Shown: positions 1-13,429, counted from the stretch's first letter. The stretch is 64,000 nucleotides of DNA from Blastocystis sp. Blastoise (GCA_039096225.1 JBBPEB010000004.1:1-64000); one strand, 5' to 3'. Notes: generated by a model from the letters alone, not told the origin. Translations and numbers: made by a program.

Positions 1-2471
1 CAAAAACCTTCAAAAACTCAAAAGTGCCTACCAGTGAATTCTCATATTATTATCATTAAAAATCATTATTTGTTGGATATTATAATCAACCCTAAATCAA
101 GACTAATATAAATGATAAAATAATCACTGAACATTAAGAAATACACTACCTTTAGACACACAATTAACAACTGTTTTTTATAGTCTTATATATTGAGTTA
201 ACAATCCTACTCATAAAATAAATTAGTTAAAGAAATAATATGTCAAGTTATTTATAAAATAATATCTATGTATAAACATATAATAAAAATAAAGAATAAT
301 GAAAAAGACAACAAAAAATTTCACACTATTTCCTTTACTCCATGAATATTCCTGATTACTGAAGTTCATAGAATGATTAACTAGTTTCTATTTTTATATA
401 TGTATAAAACATAAGCCGTGCTTATTTATATTATTTATATTAAAATATTTGAAATTAAATTTAGTGTTTCAAAAAGAGGATTTTATTTTTTTTTACAATT
501 TTTATTGTTTTTCTTAAAAACACTAACTAACCATGATATTTTGACGGTTAATAATAAGTCACAGAGTATTGAAATTTTGGTATATTATGCATCTATCAAT
601 CTATATTATATATATAAACCTTGAAAACAATTAATGAAATATTTATTGATTAAAGGGCATGATAACAATACCCTAAAACGAGTTTTTAAAAAATGTATAT
701 TATGTCAAATATATATATGTTTTCTTTATGTGTTTATTTCTCTTTATTATATTTTTTGCAACTATAGTCGAATATCTATCATTTTTAAATAATTTAAAAT
801 TCTGAAATTTATTTATAATTTATATTACTTTATTGTCAAAAAGTATGAAAAAAATGCATTTCATTGTGTTGTATCATAATGTATTGATTCTAGAATTTTC
901 ACTATCATAATGTAATAGCAAGCATATAAACAGTTTGAAACTGCACATACTTTTGAATTTCTATTTTTCAATATGGAAAAAAAGAAAAAAGTGTAAAAAA
1001 CTCAAAAAGCCATATACATATAATTTCTTTTGTGTTAATAAATATTAAAATATTTATATATAAATCTATATTTTACTAAATAGAGATACTTAACATTGTA
1101 CTAATTTAATATATATAAACTGTTCCCAATCTACCTGAAGAGATAGGTAACCTGACATTAATTAATAACAGAAAAAAAACATTTTTTTCTGGCTTTTTCT
1201 TTCTTTTAGCAGCTTTCTTTATACCAGTAAGAATTATTTGTTTTTCAAATATCATTTGAATATTTATATAAGAGAGTGTTAAATATATAAGAATATCTTT
1301 TTTTTTGTTTTTAATTCAATAATTATCAAGAACTATCACTAAGTGTAACAACCCTTTTTTAGAAAAACACTTTAACGTCAATTGAAAATGATTATTTTTC
1401 TCCGTAAGGAAAATATTAAAAAGATATTTATTAACATAATATTAAAGTTCACATAACATATATCTTATAACTATAAATTAAAATTATAAATAAATCAATT
1501 TGGTGAAACTAGACGCTTGCAAATCCATAATAAATCAAATTTTCTGTTTAGTGTTAATAAACTATGAAGAGCTAATTTTTATGTTTTTTGCTTATTGTTG
1601 TAGTCAAAAGTATTTGGTACTCAAGAAAATATAATTATTTTTAGTTTGATGATATTGGAAGTTAATCATTTACAATTCTAATAATTATAAAATATTTTAT
1701 AATCTACAAAAATTATTATGAAAAATATTCACGTCATATGCAACCTAAAAATAAAAATATGACTGCCTGAAATAAAAGACAGAAACCTGAAAAATAGAAT
1801 TATGACATGACAAATATATTTATTGTTTTATTTATTTTATTAATTAGTTCAATCATTTAATCATAGTAAAATAGTTGAAATCAATTTGAGAAGAATCTGA
1901 TTATTTATAATAGGGATTTCAACCCATTCAAAATTTTATCTCATATATTTAGCTTTTAAGTCATTACAATATATTTAAAGTACTCTGTAGAAAGTAAATC
2001 ATAATGAATTAAAACAAACGAAGAATATGAAGTTCAGTATCACGACCTAGAAGACAGTTTCAAAGACTTATTTGTCGACAAGATTATGTCAGAACTCATT
2101 CTCTATGTGTATTTACGAAATCAGAATGACCTAACAAAGTTTGACAGAGTACACCCTTGAAATGAATACAATTTGACTCTTATTTTTCTTCTTCATAAGG
2201 CACTAATGAAATACTTAATCATATGTTGTGTGTAATAGCACTGAAGCTTGACATAATAAGTTATATAGCTAAGAAAAAAATATCACAGTTATTCTTTTAT
2301 TTTAGAAAATAATCTTGAGAAAATACGCGTTTGAGAAAAAAACGATACGCGTTTGACAGATATTCAAAAAAAAAATTCCAGTTTTTTAAATGAATGAAAT
2401 TAGTTTTATTCAAGTATTATACATGTGTATAATATGAAACAAAACAGAAATATAATCAACATATAAAACAA

Positions 2472-2475
<4 letters not shown>

Positions 2476-2540
<65 letters not shown>
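2476..2540. repeat. (AT)n microsatellite
   Basis: Uninterrupted TA dinucleotide run. Confidence 0.95.
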
Positions 2541-2543
<3 letters not shown>

Positions 2544-2683
2544 AGCTAAAATAAGTTATGAATTCATATGTATAGTTAAATATTGGATCTTTTAAATTTA
2601 ATGGATAGAAAAACAAAAAAAAATAGATAAAAAAAAGAAACAGAGTGATAAAAAAATATATTACTCAAATATTATTAATCATT

Positions 2684-3163
2684 TTAGTATTTTGTTGGTA
2701 GTTTCTTAATCATACTGTCAACATAATCTGTTACTATAGCTATATCAGATTGATCTATATAAAGAAATAAAACAAATTATAGATATATATATATAATGTA
2801 GATTTCATGTATTAAAAGCAAAAGAGTTATATATAATATATATACCTAAGTCACTTTGTGTTTGAATAAAAGATTTTGTTTTCTTATATGTTGTTTTACA
2901 AGTAATTCGAAGTTCTTCTTTAGGTTCATTAATACTTTTATTTAAGACATTAGGGAGCATGCCTGTGAATAAGCAGATGATTCCTAGTAAATAATAAGTG
3001 AATCCATAATCAAAAGGGAAAGAAAGTCCATTACTACAACTCCAAGCAAAGAGAGGGGTACCTATACATGGACCCTATATATATATAGTATATATATAGT
3101 ATATAGAGTATATATATAGTAAAATATAATATTTTTATTATTTAAATATAGAATAAATAATAA

Positions 3164-3197
<34 letters not shown>

Positions 3198-5453
3198 TAT
3201 AAATTTCCCTAATCCTCCAAGTATTTCTTGTATACTATTTGCTTTGGCTCTAAAGTCAGGAGGACAACTATTCACTAGAAGGACATAAGAAGCAGTAATA
3301 GAATTAAGGATATGGTATATTTAGTAGAAGAATGTATAAAGAAAAAATGAAAAAAAAATATTTCTAGTATTGGACTATTATGATAATAAATGATAATTAT
3401 ATGAATAGAATAATAAAAACAATAATAAAGGATATGAGAAGGCCAATATTCTTGTGAAAACACACCAAGCGTAGGACAAAAAGGCTACTAACCATTGAAT
3501 CTATATATAGAATGAATAATATTATTATGAATCCTTATAGATAATAACAAAAAGTATATAAATATATATATATTTAAAAACATTAAGAAACATTATATAT
3601 ATATATACCCATAAGTCTGCATTATTTGCATATGAGGCAAGAGGGTATACAAACCAACCAATCGTATACATATAAGTGAAGAAGGAGAATATAGTTGTAT
3701 TATTAAAAAGGTGTGTCATCAACGGATAGAGGATCGATGAGGGATTAAGATACCATTTAGTTATTATTTATATATATGGATGAAATATATATAATATATA
3801 AAATTGTATTATATATAAAGAAATAATAAATATAAAATATTTGAAAATATATGTATATAGATTAAAAGGATACGAGGTGCAATAGAACGTAGAATAGCTG
3901 TAGTCATATATATATATCCCATTTGTTCAGAATCCATACTAAATCCATGCTTTTCACGTGGATTAAGAAGGAGTAATGATGTAAGAACATCGTGAGTAGT
4001 TTGAACAAGAGAAAGAAGACCTATGTATAGAAATAAAGAAAAAAATATAAAGACATAATCAAAGTGATAATACAGATATATAAATAGCTCATAAAATAAA
4101 GAGTCCTAGAGAATAATAATAAATGTATATACCATAAAGCATAGCAGTGACAAGAACTTCTTTATTTCGAAGAAGAGTGATATAATTATCATCTTTATAA
4201 GCAATTCTTAAATTATCTTCTGTATTGAATGAACGACGTTCTTCAATATGCATGAAAGACTAAAAAAATATTAAAATATATATATATATATATAGTAGAG
4301 AAGATATAGAATAGATATTTAAAAAATTAAACGCATAAAAGAAAACACTTGTTTCTATTTAAAATATCATGATTATTTTATATACCTGTTCCTTAGTCAT
4401 TTTTAATTGATTAATTTCTTCAATTCGTTCCTTTGTAAGTGTCTCTGGGATAAAACATAGGAAAAGAAGAATAGATATGATTATACAAAAAACAACAAAT
4501 AAACAGGGCCATAAGAAAGAATACTATAGATCGATAGAATCATATAAAAAAAGAATTGAATACTAAGAAAACAGTTCTTATTATAAAGAGAAGTATATTA
4601 TAAGAAATAAGAACTCCCTATTCACTATATATATACTTTAACTGTTTCGGGGAAAATATTCATAAGGAAGGGAAGATTACTTGCTGGATTACTAAAGAAA
4701 GCACCAACAAAAGGACCCGTGATTCTATATGAATAATAATAATAATAATGAAGATAATAATATATTTATATAGATCATTCATTGAATATATTATATATTT
4801 ATGTTGCTCTCTTTATATGTCATATATATAATATGAAAATATCATAAATAAATATATCATACGTTCCAATACCATATCCTGTAGTTAGAAGAGATAAACA
4901 CATAGCAATATTATCGTTACCACAAAATTCACTAGTAATCGTTTTCATTAAACTCCACGTGCCATCGAAAAAACCCCATAACATACGACCAATAATAGCT
5001 ATTGTATATGTTTGAGAAAAGCCAAACATCAATATACCAGATGAAACACCTATGTAAAAATAATATTTATAATAAGACAAATATATCTTTTGACTATATA
5101 CCTAAGAAACATAAAGTAATAGCATATTTTCGTCCACATTTATCAGCTAACCATCCCCAAGCAAACAAACCAGGAATTTGAGCTAGGAATGTGAATGAGG
5201 TTAAGTATCCTGCATAGTATCCAACATCAGAATCAAGAATCTATTTTTGAAAAAACGTGTAAAAAAATGAATAATCGTTAATTATAATATTTACATCCGG
5301 AAAAAAACGTTTAATCATAAATGGAATCATTGGCGTAGGAAATGTTGTAAATAAACCATTACAAAATGAAATAAACATCATAATCATCATTTTAAAGTAT
5401 GGAAAAGAAGTTTTTTCCTTATTTTGTTCATCTTGCAATAAAGAAGATTCCAT
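2684..5453 (-). CDS. MFS transporter, ZIFL/TPO1-like (12 exons, two U12-type introns)
   Basis: Hand-spliced frame from ATG 5453 to TAA 2684: ...DVGYYAGYL..WGWLADKCGRK..IIGRMLWGFFDG..LLVNSCPPDFRAKANS..GPCIGTPLFAWS. MFS motif A and multiple TM segments. Confidence 0.9.
3295..3435 (-). other. U12-type AT-AC intron (141 nt, phase 2)
   Basis: Donor ATATCCTTTA; branch TCCTTAAT then tctattAC. Splicing joins ..LAF-S-ASYVLLVNSCPP in frame. Confidence 0.92.
3737..3873 (-). other. U12-type intron with non-canonical GT-AT ends (137 nt, phase 1)
   Basis: Donor GTATCCTTTT; branch ATCTTAAT then ccctcAT. No AG acceptor near the downstream exon. Joins SIAP-P-ILYPLM in frame. Confidence 0.75.
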
Positions 5454-6282
5454 AATTCCACGAAGTTATAAGAAGAAAATACTATACAAAGATAAATGAA
5501 TCGCAAAAAAAAATAATGTCTCCTTCATTATTTTTTTTTGTTCTTTTGGAAGTAATGTGAAATAATCGCGATTTTTATTCTGTGGAGTATCTCTATTTCA
5601 TTTCTAAGGTAGTTTATTGGATGATTAAGAGACAAAATTAAATACATTCCAATAAGACATCTTTCCACTTTGTCAAGACCACCTTAAACGATTTCATGAT
5701 TCATTTTCCCCAAGAAAAAACATTTTTCCATGGGGATTAGCGTTTCATACTTTCTATTTTTTAATTCTCATTAACAGCATACTCATTACTTCATTTCATA
5801 AAGCTTAAATGCCTTTAAGCTTACAACACTTATTAAATGTGAATTTCATTCATTATGTTCTGTTCAATACAGAATGATCAATTTATTGTCACATAAAACT
5901 TATAGTTTACAGTAATTGTTGCTTAACTTACGATAATGTATATGTGATATCATTAACAAAAAATATATAAAACATGGAAATTCAAAATAAAAAGAAATGA
6001 AAAAAACTACACTTACATTAACATATGAAAAAAAGAAAATGAATATATGAAGAATAATGATAAAGAATTTTATTTTTAAAAAATAAATTATTTACACAGT
6101 AAAGATTCGAAAAGATAGATTATTAGTAAAATTCCCCCAAAAAAAAAATTATATATCTATATAAATGCATAAAAAAAAAAGAATTCATATCTATCATGAA
6201 AAAATATATATATATATTATAAAATTAGAATTCATTCTTAAAAAAATTATGCATTTTGGTATTTCATAGGGTTTCTTAGAAG

Positions 6283-9200
6283 TTAAGATAGATCTGGTCG
6301 AAGATGAGCAGGATTAGACTGTTTGTTGTTCACTGGATCCGAGAGATTCTCATTTGTTTTGGCGGGGAATATATTTCCTGTGATAGTAGAGAAATCAAGA
6401 TCTTGAATAATACGAAGAGGATGAGCTTCTGTAGTAAGAACTGACTTATTAAGATCTAAAAGAGGCTTAGGATTGAAGAGTAAGTAGAAATATTTTATTG
6501 TTTCAGAATAGAAGAAAGTCTCCGTACGATCATCAGGAGATCGTTCAACATCTCGAACATCTCCGTACGATCCGTATCCATGATTGGTCTGACATATCTT
6601 ATTAATAGCTTTGAAAATATCCCAACCCCATTCAATATAAATCGGATCTTTTGTATATGTATATAAATAATAAAAACTCTCAATAGTTTCAGGTCTTAAT
6701 AAATACATAGCTCCATTATTATCTACAGTCATCTTCTTTCCCCCTGGGAATTTCATGTTTTCAGGAGATAGATGTGTAGGTGTCTTCATATACATTTGAT
6801 AGCATGTATATCTATAGAGGATATATATATATATATGTTTATGTAGTATATATAGATATATATATTACGCAAGTGATTTGGCATTTTTAATATCTTTCTC
6901 CACATTTAATGACGCTCCATGCATCACACCCAATACTAGTAATCCTATATATATAATATATAATATATAATATATAATATATAATATATAATATATAATA
7001 TATAATATATAATATATAATATATAATATATAATATATAATATATAATATATAATATATAATATATAATATATAATATATAATATATAATATATAATATA
7101 TAATATATAATATATAATATATAATATATAATATATAATATATAATATATAATATATAATATATAATATATAATATATAATATATAATATATAATATATA
7201 ATATATAATATATAATATATATACCTGAATAGAAACAAGTTAAATGATTCATTTCATGAGCATAATTCTTTCCAGAGATTTTACCCGCATAAAGATAATG
7301 TTCAGGCTGATTTCGTCTTAAAAGAAGATTCTCTATGCCTGAAACTGCGTCTTGATAAGCTTTCAGTAATTTCTATATATATATGAAATAGTATAAATAA
7401 ATATATATAAAACTATATAATATATTCCACAAAATAGAAGAAATATATATATATAAATATATATACCGGTTCTTTTTTGCCTCCATGTATCCATGCCTTA
7501 AGAAGATATTCATAATATGTATCCCCCATCCCGCCAATAGAAATCATACGACCATGGGGCTTCCCACGCTGCAAATCAAACTATAACATTATTTATATAT
7601 TATTTAATATATATATTTAGTATAAAGAAATAGAAAAGTAAGGTAAAATAAATAAATGAATATATATACATAGATAGGGAAGAGTCCTTCTTGAGTATCT
7701 AGGGAGAGAAGATGATATGTCAACTTATTAATAGCCTTCGCAAAGGAATCGTTATGAGTATAATAAGAAAGAGTTCTATATTTAATATAATACAATACAA
7801 TATAATATAATATAATATAATATAATATAATATAGAGTGTAGAATATAGAATATAATATTAATTAATATTAATATAATATTAATATAAATATAATATAAT
7901 ATAATATATAGTATAGAATATAAATACCTGAATTCAAGAGAGAGTGTTCCGAATTCCGCGAGACCTACTCGTTCATTTTTCGTTTTTCTCTTGGGTACAT
8001 GGGAATGAAGATTAATATTACCATGAGGTAAACCTGAGGGTGTATCAAAAGCATAAAGGAGTCGACCACCCATATCCTTAGCCTTCTCTAAGTAGAGTGT
8101 ATTATTTGTATATTCATATATAGAGAGAAGACCTCCAAGAACACGAATAGTAGTCTCAAATACAGAGACATAAGCATTCTGATCGAAATCTAAGAAGGCT
8201 TTGATCTATATACATATATAAAGAAATCAAATGAAAGTTAAATAAATATATATATATTTTCAATGATAATATATTCAAGTATTCATAAATAGCTAATCAA
8301 TATTATTTATAATAATATATACATAATCTTCAGCCAATTGGATATCTTCCGTTCGATTCATTAAATACAACGTATCTAGAGAATCAAGAAGTGTCATCGA
8401 TATATCTCCCCAATTGTCATTTGATCCCCCAGTAACGGGACACAATTCATCTTTTCCCCATGCATATTTCTTATATCTATAATAATATTAAGAATATACT
8501 TATAATTATGACATTAAAATCATTATAATAAAAATTACATAAATAAAAACAGGAAATAAATTATATATTAATCAATCGTATATATATATATTTATATCCA
8601 TTCCAAGCAAAATCCATCATACGTTGAACAGCGTTCACACGTTCTGTTAATATGAGGGATTGTGCCTCTTCTAAAGACGCAGGTAATGAAAACTCGGTAA
8701 TACCTATATAATAATATATATATATATATATATATATTATTTACCTTCAGCATAATTAATATCACTAACTAGTCTTAATTCCTTTATATAATCATGATAC
8801 ATCTTTTTCTTCTTATTTTCCTCAACTAACTGAGGATCCACTATATATATATATGATAAAGAATAATGCTAAATATTATTAAATATCAAATAATATATAA
8901 TTTCACCACTATATATATACCTTGTTCTTCATCAGAGTCATCAAGAATAACAGTTGACTGTTTCCCGCGAGTATTTTTGGTGGCACGAACCATTTTCTCT
9001 TGATTAATTTGTCGAACACGTTCTGCAGCTGTTAAGACCTTTTCAGACTTGCTGAGAGTATCTGCAACTGATGACTGTCGTTGAGTAGTATCCTGTTGAC
9101 CTTGTTTGGAAGTAGTTACATCAGATGAAGAAGAAGAAGAAGGAATATTATTGTTGGTCTTTATATCAGTATTTACAGATGATAAAGAAGAGCCTGTAGA

Positions 9201-10276
9201 TGAAATAGAACTAGTTGTTTTCGTAGATATTTTCTCATTTTCTTCTTCTTCATCATCATCATCATCTTTAGTTGTACGAGAATTCATAACACTATCAGTA
9301 TTCGTATTAGAAGGATCTGAACTCTTAGAAACAGATGTGTTCTCTGAAGATACTGACTTTAATGATGAAGATGACACATCAGAGGGTTTTAAATCATCAT
9401 CATCATCCACTAGAGAGAAAATTATTTTTATAATGTATATAAATAAGAATATTATAATATATATATAGTGATTCATAAAAATAGAGTATCAAAATATACA
9501 ATTTAAATTAATAAAATCATTTTCTTGTTGACGTTTGGTACCCTTATTTCTACTACTTTTCTTTGTTTTATATGTATCTGTTGATGATACGGACTTGACG
9601 CTAGATGAAGAATCTATATCCTTATTATTCTTTTCTATATTAACAGTTTCCTTCGTTATTTCATCACTAATACTCGTTATAGCATCACTTCTCTTTCGAT
9701 GTTTTAAATTTTCTTCCTTCTCATATTGTTGGCGGGATTCTAATTTTTTACGACGAGTTAACTCTATTGATTCCTCTGTTTTTTCATCAATCTCCAAATG
9801 GCCACGTTCTTCTCCAGTTTGATTTCCTTCAGATTCAGAGTGTTTTGAGTATTGTTTCACACTTTTTAAAGAAGATTTCATAATCTCCATTAAGGTCTTT
9901 TTGGAGATTCCAGAATCTTCTTTCTCTTCCATTTCTCTTAATAATTTCACTAGAGAATTCAATGATTGGAAATCACCTTCTTGAGCAGTACCTCGTACTT
10001 GCGCCACTTTCTGTTTTAAACGATCAATAGTATCGGATTCTGTAGATGTACCATGTAATACACTTCCTACTGGAGTCATACTACCATACTTTGATATATG
10101 AGTATTATTATATAGATCTGTATCTTTTATAATATCTTTTTCCTTAGAAAGAGAAGAAGAAGATGAAGAAGAATGCTTATGTTTAGCGTTACGTCTCTTT
10201 TTATGTCCAGAAGATAAGTCACGTGATGAAAGTTTATTGGATTTATGACGTGTATTTTTCAATGAAATAATCTATA

Positions 10277-10308
<32 letters not shown>

Positions 10309-10811
10309 TTGAAGAGGTAGTGTTTTCATTTGTTCATTATCTTGATCAAGATTATCTGGATCTAAAGATAATAATACAGATGCTTGTTTATCCAAGAAAC
10401 TAGAGAGGGATGCTCCACGTGACAAGATAAACGCATCTCCCTCAGTTAACGCATGATCCCAATACTATAACAAATAGAGAATAAGGCATTTTTAAAAGTA
10501 TAAATATAAATATATATATAGATAAATAAATAGTATAATGTAATATATATACTTGAAATTTAGCAAGAGAACCATAGAGAGGAGAGAGATTATCATTCGA
10601 GACACCAAAGGAAAATGCAGAAGATATCTATATATATAAGAAAAATGAAGATTAATAACAAATATATATATATATATATAGAAAGAATAAAAGATATACA
10701 GAGATATATCGATTAATAAATGCAGAGACACCTAGTTGTCCATTAATATATACAAAGAATATATTATTCACACCATCCAATTTATCCGATTCTTCGTTTA
10801 CTATAAGAATT

Positions 10812-10895
<84 letters not shown>

Positions 10896-10955
10896 TATCC
10901 GGTTTACAAACAAGTGTGATATGAATCCATTGATCAGCTCTAGAATATAATAAAA

Positions 10956-11005
<50 letters not shown>

Positions 11006-11851
11006 AATACAAAATAGCAACAAATATATATATATATACTCTTGAGTAGATATTTTAGCTGAGATAGTTTCACATCCATTAGAAGGAGAATGAAAAACAA
11101 CTTTTAGATCACTATAATATAGAATAGAAATATAAATGAAAGGATATCAATTAATGTATGTATAGTAAATAATTTTAAGATGTCAAAAATATAATGAATA
11201 TACAATAAGTAAATATATAAAGAAATAAATCATATATATATACAAGTAATCTTCATTCTCTTTAGATAAATAAATCATATATCCAAATGCTTCTGATCGT
11301 TTCTTACAACCAAAATAACGATTTGATATGATTACTTGATCACCATATAGACTTGAGTCCATTAATTCAACCCATAAAGATAACTAGTTATATAAAATAG
11401 ATAATAAATAATAAAATACTGAAAATTCATTTTGATCAAAAGATTTAAATGCACGTAAATAATGCTTTCCACGAAATACAGTATACGCTCTATAACAATA
11501 ACATAATATAATAGTAAATTTCTTAAAAAAATAAATACGTTGGTGGAATTTGTACTGTAAGTCGTTTATCATTATCTTTAATATTTGAAGAATACTTTGT
11601 AAAACTTGAAAATTGATTTGCAACTTGACTAAACATATATATTAGTATTAAAAAATGGAATAATAAAAATAAACGTACTTAAATGATTGTTTTTGCGAGG
11701 ATTGATTGTTAATAAGAAAAACAATAATCGATAATGTAGCTATACAAGAAAAACCAATCATCAAAGGAAGAAGTGTCCTCACAATCCCATATACACTCAC
11801 TATATACAATGATTTATGTAGATTAAATGATGTGCACTTACGTCTCGCCAT
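6283..11851 (-). CDS. Type II membrane GH47 alpha-1,2-mannosidase with N-terminal LamG/ConA-like domain and a long S/T/D/E/K-rich stem (20 exons)
   Basis: GH47 motifs [85 protein letters not shown]-terminal TM segment in ORF 11648-11851. All exons splice in one frame. Confidence 0.88.
6945..7224 (-). repeat. Intron filled by a 7-bp (ATATAAT)n tandem repeat
   Basis: 280-nt GT-AG intron of the GH47 gene whose interior is only A/T, with 7-bp periodicity. Confidence 0.92.
8477..8597 (-). other. Putative AT-AG non-canonical intron in GH47 (121 nt, phase 2)
   Basis: Only tgg aat gg|ATATAA...ttatAG|a tat aag restores [15 protein letters not shown]. Read-through hits TAA, and in-phase GT donors delete the conserved helix. 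Confidence 0.7.
10815..10893. repeat. (AT)n microsatellite starting at a 5' splice site
   Basis: TA run contiguous with the GT donor of a GH47 intron. Confidence 0.9.
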
Positions 11852-13429
11852 ATTGTTTTAATAAAAGAATTATAAACTCAGTAGAAGAAGATGGTTTTTA
11901 TTCTTTTTCCTTTGTTTGTTTTCCTGTTTTCAGATTCATGATTGTTACCGAAACAAAACTGTCAATTTATAAATTTTCATGAATCTATAACAATAATATA
12001 TTTCTTTTTTTCTATTGATGTCATGCATAGTTATATATAGATTTTCATATTTTACAATAATTTTCTTATCCTACTGTATACAATACCATTCTCATTAAGA
12101 AATTTCTTATTAAAAATCATTAAATTTTTCTTAATTATTATTTTTTTTCTATATAAAATTATGTAGATATATTTGTAGATATATTATATGAAAAACTTAG
12201 CGTTTTTGTTATTAAAACGTGATCAGTTTTTTTTTAATTTCATAAAAGCTTTCTCAATTATATATATTACAGTTCACTGTTTTTAATAAGATGTGTACAT
12301 TATGAGAATGAAACTTTCTCAACATATCAATAGTTTTAGAATTTATATTAATGTTCTTCATATAGTTCGGTCAAAAGGATATATTGTGTAATGTTTATAC
12401 TCAATCGTCACAATATGTTACTATAATCCAATATTTTAAAGTTCACAAAAACGATACAAATGACGAAATTTATCGTTTTTAAAGTATCATAATCACTAGT
12501 TATTTAGATGATGCTTTTGATTTAAAGTTAATTATATATGCTTCATTTTATAAAAGCAATTGTTTAAATAGTAATACTTTTTTATTGTTCGTTTTTTTTT
12601 TATTACGTTCTTAAGAAACTGATTTATAATATACTAACTTTTATAAAAATTGAAATTAATATTAAAAATATTCTTTATGTTCATTAGAATATATTGTCAT
12701 TATATAATATAATATAAACGTGAATCAATACAATTTATAGGAAATAATAGTGAATTTCGATAATTATCTTTAAAGAGTCTATTAAGAACGATGGGTCTTG
12801 ACACTATGTGAATGCATATTGTAATATATATATATAGAATTCAATATATATATAATTTTTAACAGTTCATCTTTGGCAAATTTATTAATTACCAAACGTA
12901 TAGATTATAAAAAAAATGTAAGTCATCTTTTCATACAATTATATATATCTGAATATGATTTCTTATTAAAAAAAAACACAATATATGACTTTAAACCCTA
13001 TAAAAAAGAAGCTTAAAGAATAAGAAAAAAGAGTGGATTCCTATTCTATAATTGTGTTCAGATCATAAGAGTCTATTTTGTTGAGATTCTAATGAATAAT
13101 GGGAAACAGAAAGCCATCCATAATTTCCCATTTCTTTTTCGATAAGATATAATATCTAAATGAAGAGACAAATGACTTGCTAATTATGGGACCTTAATTG
13201 ATCCATATGACCAGAATCTAGTTTGACAAAAGGAGCCTTTTTAAATAAAACTCCTTTTATATGGTCTTTTCGTTTTCTTAGGAAAAAAATATATATTTTT
13301 ACCAATCAGAAAATTCGTGTTTTACAACTCTTTATGCGACGTCATTTGTGACACATAACTTGTGTGTTTCTATATTTTTGTGTTATGAGAAAAGTCTATG
13401 CATAATTTATTTGTTGTTTTGCATCTAAA

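Noticed and set aside
1403-1416. GTAAGGAAAATA resembling the U12 snRNA branch-pairing region
   Set aside because: No upstream GCCTTAAAC-like stem and no recognisable downstream structure; likely chance.
6887-7252. ORFs with [13 protein letters not shown] or RRDRRN repeats (also 2410, 10736-11100, 63468-63772)
   Set aside because: These are translations of intronic or intergenic microsatellites.
9106-9822. Antisense ORFs over large exons (also 16916, 19375, 26420, 31341, 40133, 58822)
   Set aside because: Shadow frames of real coding exons, with no independent motifs.
13030-13240. Coding-like minus-strand stretch upstream of GH27
   Set aside because: Multiple stops and no recognisable homology.
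13302-13345. CCAAT and GACGTCA promoter-like motifs before GH27
   Set aside because: Short motifs with no transcription-start evidence.
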